Shown here: one piece after another, positions 6,621 to 7,416 of the stretch
Layout of the letters: each line of letters opens with the position of its first letter
How positions within the stretch are numbered: the stretch's first letter is position 1
Origin: Naegleria gruberi
Taxonomy: Eukaryota
Assembly (NCBI GenBank): GCA_000004985.1
Contig: GG739140.1
Reading direction: 5' to 3' (one strand)
Length of the DNA stretch: 7,416 nucleotides
Made by a program: the position numbers and the translations under genes
Notes under the pieces: model-generated
Seen by the model: the letters and a program-made list of their open reading frames with translations, nothing else
Told to the model about the DNA's origin: nothing
Databases searched by the model: none

Positions 6621-6626
6621 TTTATT
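6621..6626 (-). promoter_or_regulatory. Candidate AATAAA polyadenylation signal for the RGS gene, about 11 nt downstream of its stop.
   Basis: Plus-strand TTTATT at 6621-6626 is AATAAA on the minus strand. The stop codon is at 6637-6639. Confidence 0.35.
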
Positions 6627-6636
6627 AAAATTTATC

Positions 6637-7321
6637 CTAGACCTTCATTTTGGGTAAAATGCTTAGCTCCTTTTCCAATTGTTTCTCATATGATGCTTGG
6701 AAACGAGTATAATTATCCAACATGTTGTGTTCACAAGCTGTTTGAATTCTATCAAATATTTCAGGAGTGATGGCAAAGAGGAAACTCATATCTTGTGGAT
6801 TTGTGGAAGTTTGCTTTGGAGAAATATTCAATTTTGGAGAAGGTGAAACATTTCCATTTTTAGAAGCAAAATTAATGGTACTGTCTTTTAGGGATTTGAA
6901 GATTTTCTCAATTTCTGGAATTCCAAAATCCTTTCTTGAAATGTTCAATTCAAGAGGAGCTCCAATTCGAATATAAGTATTACAAATATTGTAAAATAAT
7001 TCTCTTCTTTGTTTTTCTGATTTGATTGTTTTGAATTTCTCAATGGCATTCCACATCATGACATCTTCACATGCAAAACATTTTTCTGAGAATTTCAGAA
7101 AGAGATTATTCCACTTTTCATTCAGTAAAATCTTTCGAATGCTACTTTCAGAAGGTTTCGAATGTTGAAGTTTAGAATCAACTGATGGAGTGCTTTCTGT
7201 TTGTTGTTTCTTGTCAGATTTGAATCTTTGAAGGAAGAATACAGGATACGTGAATGAAATTAATGTATCCCACATATTTCCAATTAAAATTGTAATCGTC
7301 CATGGGAAATAATAATCAATA
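6637..7321 (-). CDS. RGS-domain protein, last exon. The first in-frame ATG is at 7273-7275. The frame is open upstream to a candidate splice acceptor at 7321. It has a hydrophobic N-terminal segment (IDYYFPWTITILIGNMWDTLISFTYPVFFLQRF), then an RGS domain with one roughly 40-aa insert, and the protein ends about 15 aa after the domain.
   Basis: The translation matches RGS-domain hallmarks in three places: FLKFSEKCFACEDVMMWNAIEKFK; ELFYNICNTYIRIGAPLELNIS; IFDRIQTACEHNMLDNYTRFQASYEKQL. Corresponding consensus pieces: FL.SEFSEENLEFW.A.E.FK; A..IY..Y....AP.E.N.D; F..AQ......M..DSY.RFL.S..Y. The ORF is 212 aa from the ATG. Confidence 0.8.
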
Positions 7322-7372
7322 CTTTACAAAATATTACAATTATTATTCTAATCTCAGATATATATTACTTAC
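7322..7372 (-). other. Candidate 51-nt intron of the RGS gene (GTAAGT...AAAG), removing the only in-frame stop upstream of the ATG at 7275.
   Basis: Minus strand reads ..acaaccta|GTAAGTaatatatatctgagattagaataataattgtaatattttgtaaAG|tattgat... The 51-nt length is typical of Caenorhabditis-like small introns and the donor is consensus. The acceptor has A rather than C at -3. Confidence 0.35.
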
Positions 7373-7416
7373 TAGGTTGTAAAAATAGTGAATAAAGAAG
7401 GCACAGCATACAATAC
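7373..7416 (-). CDS. Putative upstream exon of the RGS gene (partial, runs off the window). It encodes VLYAVPSLFTIFTT-(Y), which joins in frame to IDYYFPW... and extends the hydrophobic N-terminus.
   Basis: 14 open codons in the frame dictated by the donor/acceptor phase (a phase-2 junction forming a Tyr codon). The hydrophobic character is continuous with the next exon. Confidence 0.3.

Noticed and set aside
1-7416. Prokaryotic-style features (operons, RBS, CRISPR, defense systems, IS elements)
   Set aside because: Gene structure, the Pol III tRNA and the presence of splice signals show this is eukaryotic nuclear DNA. No direct-repeat/spacer array and no terminal inverted repeats of a transposon were seen.

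Overview
This window is AT-rich eukaryotic nuclear DNA, an assembly scaffold with two N-gaps, and not a prokaryotic locus. I infer a nematode (Caenorhabditis-like) genome from several signals: AAAA-ATG start contexts, GTAAGT splice donors, candidate introns of about 50-60 nt, proliferated F-box genes, and a Pol III tRNA with an oligo-T terminator. I found no CRISPR array, defense island or mobile element.

Supported content, by position:
- 1-243 (+): a possible terminal coding exon entering from the window edge, weakly supported.
- 870-2189 (-): a large hypothetical protein of at least 440 aa that runs open into gap 1 (2190-2817).
- 2903-3429: a striking cluster of TGATG/ATGATG motifs with embedded palindromes, lying between that gene's likely 5' side and an F-box gene.
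- 3478-3876 (-) and 4121-4351 (+): a head-to-head pair of F-box genes. The minus-strand F-box start is frameshifted inside a (GT)4 run.
- 4352-5707: gap 2.
- 5708-6267 (-): a partial hypothetical protein emerging from gap 2.
- 6501-6572 (+): a clean tRNA-Glu(UUC), followed by a T6 terminator.
- 6637-7275 (-), probably extending to 7321 and beyond: an RGS-domain protein (regulator of G-protein signalling), with a hydrophobic N-terminus and a candidate 51-nt intron.

The most unusual signal is the ATGATG motif cluster. The most testable curiosity is the dinucleotide-slippage frameshift at the start of the F-box ORF. Nothing here resembles a multi-gene functional system of the bacterial kind.
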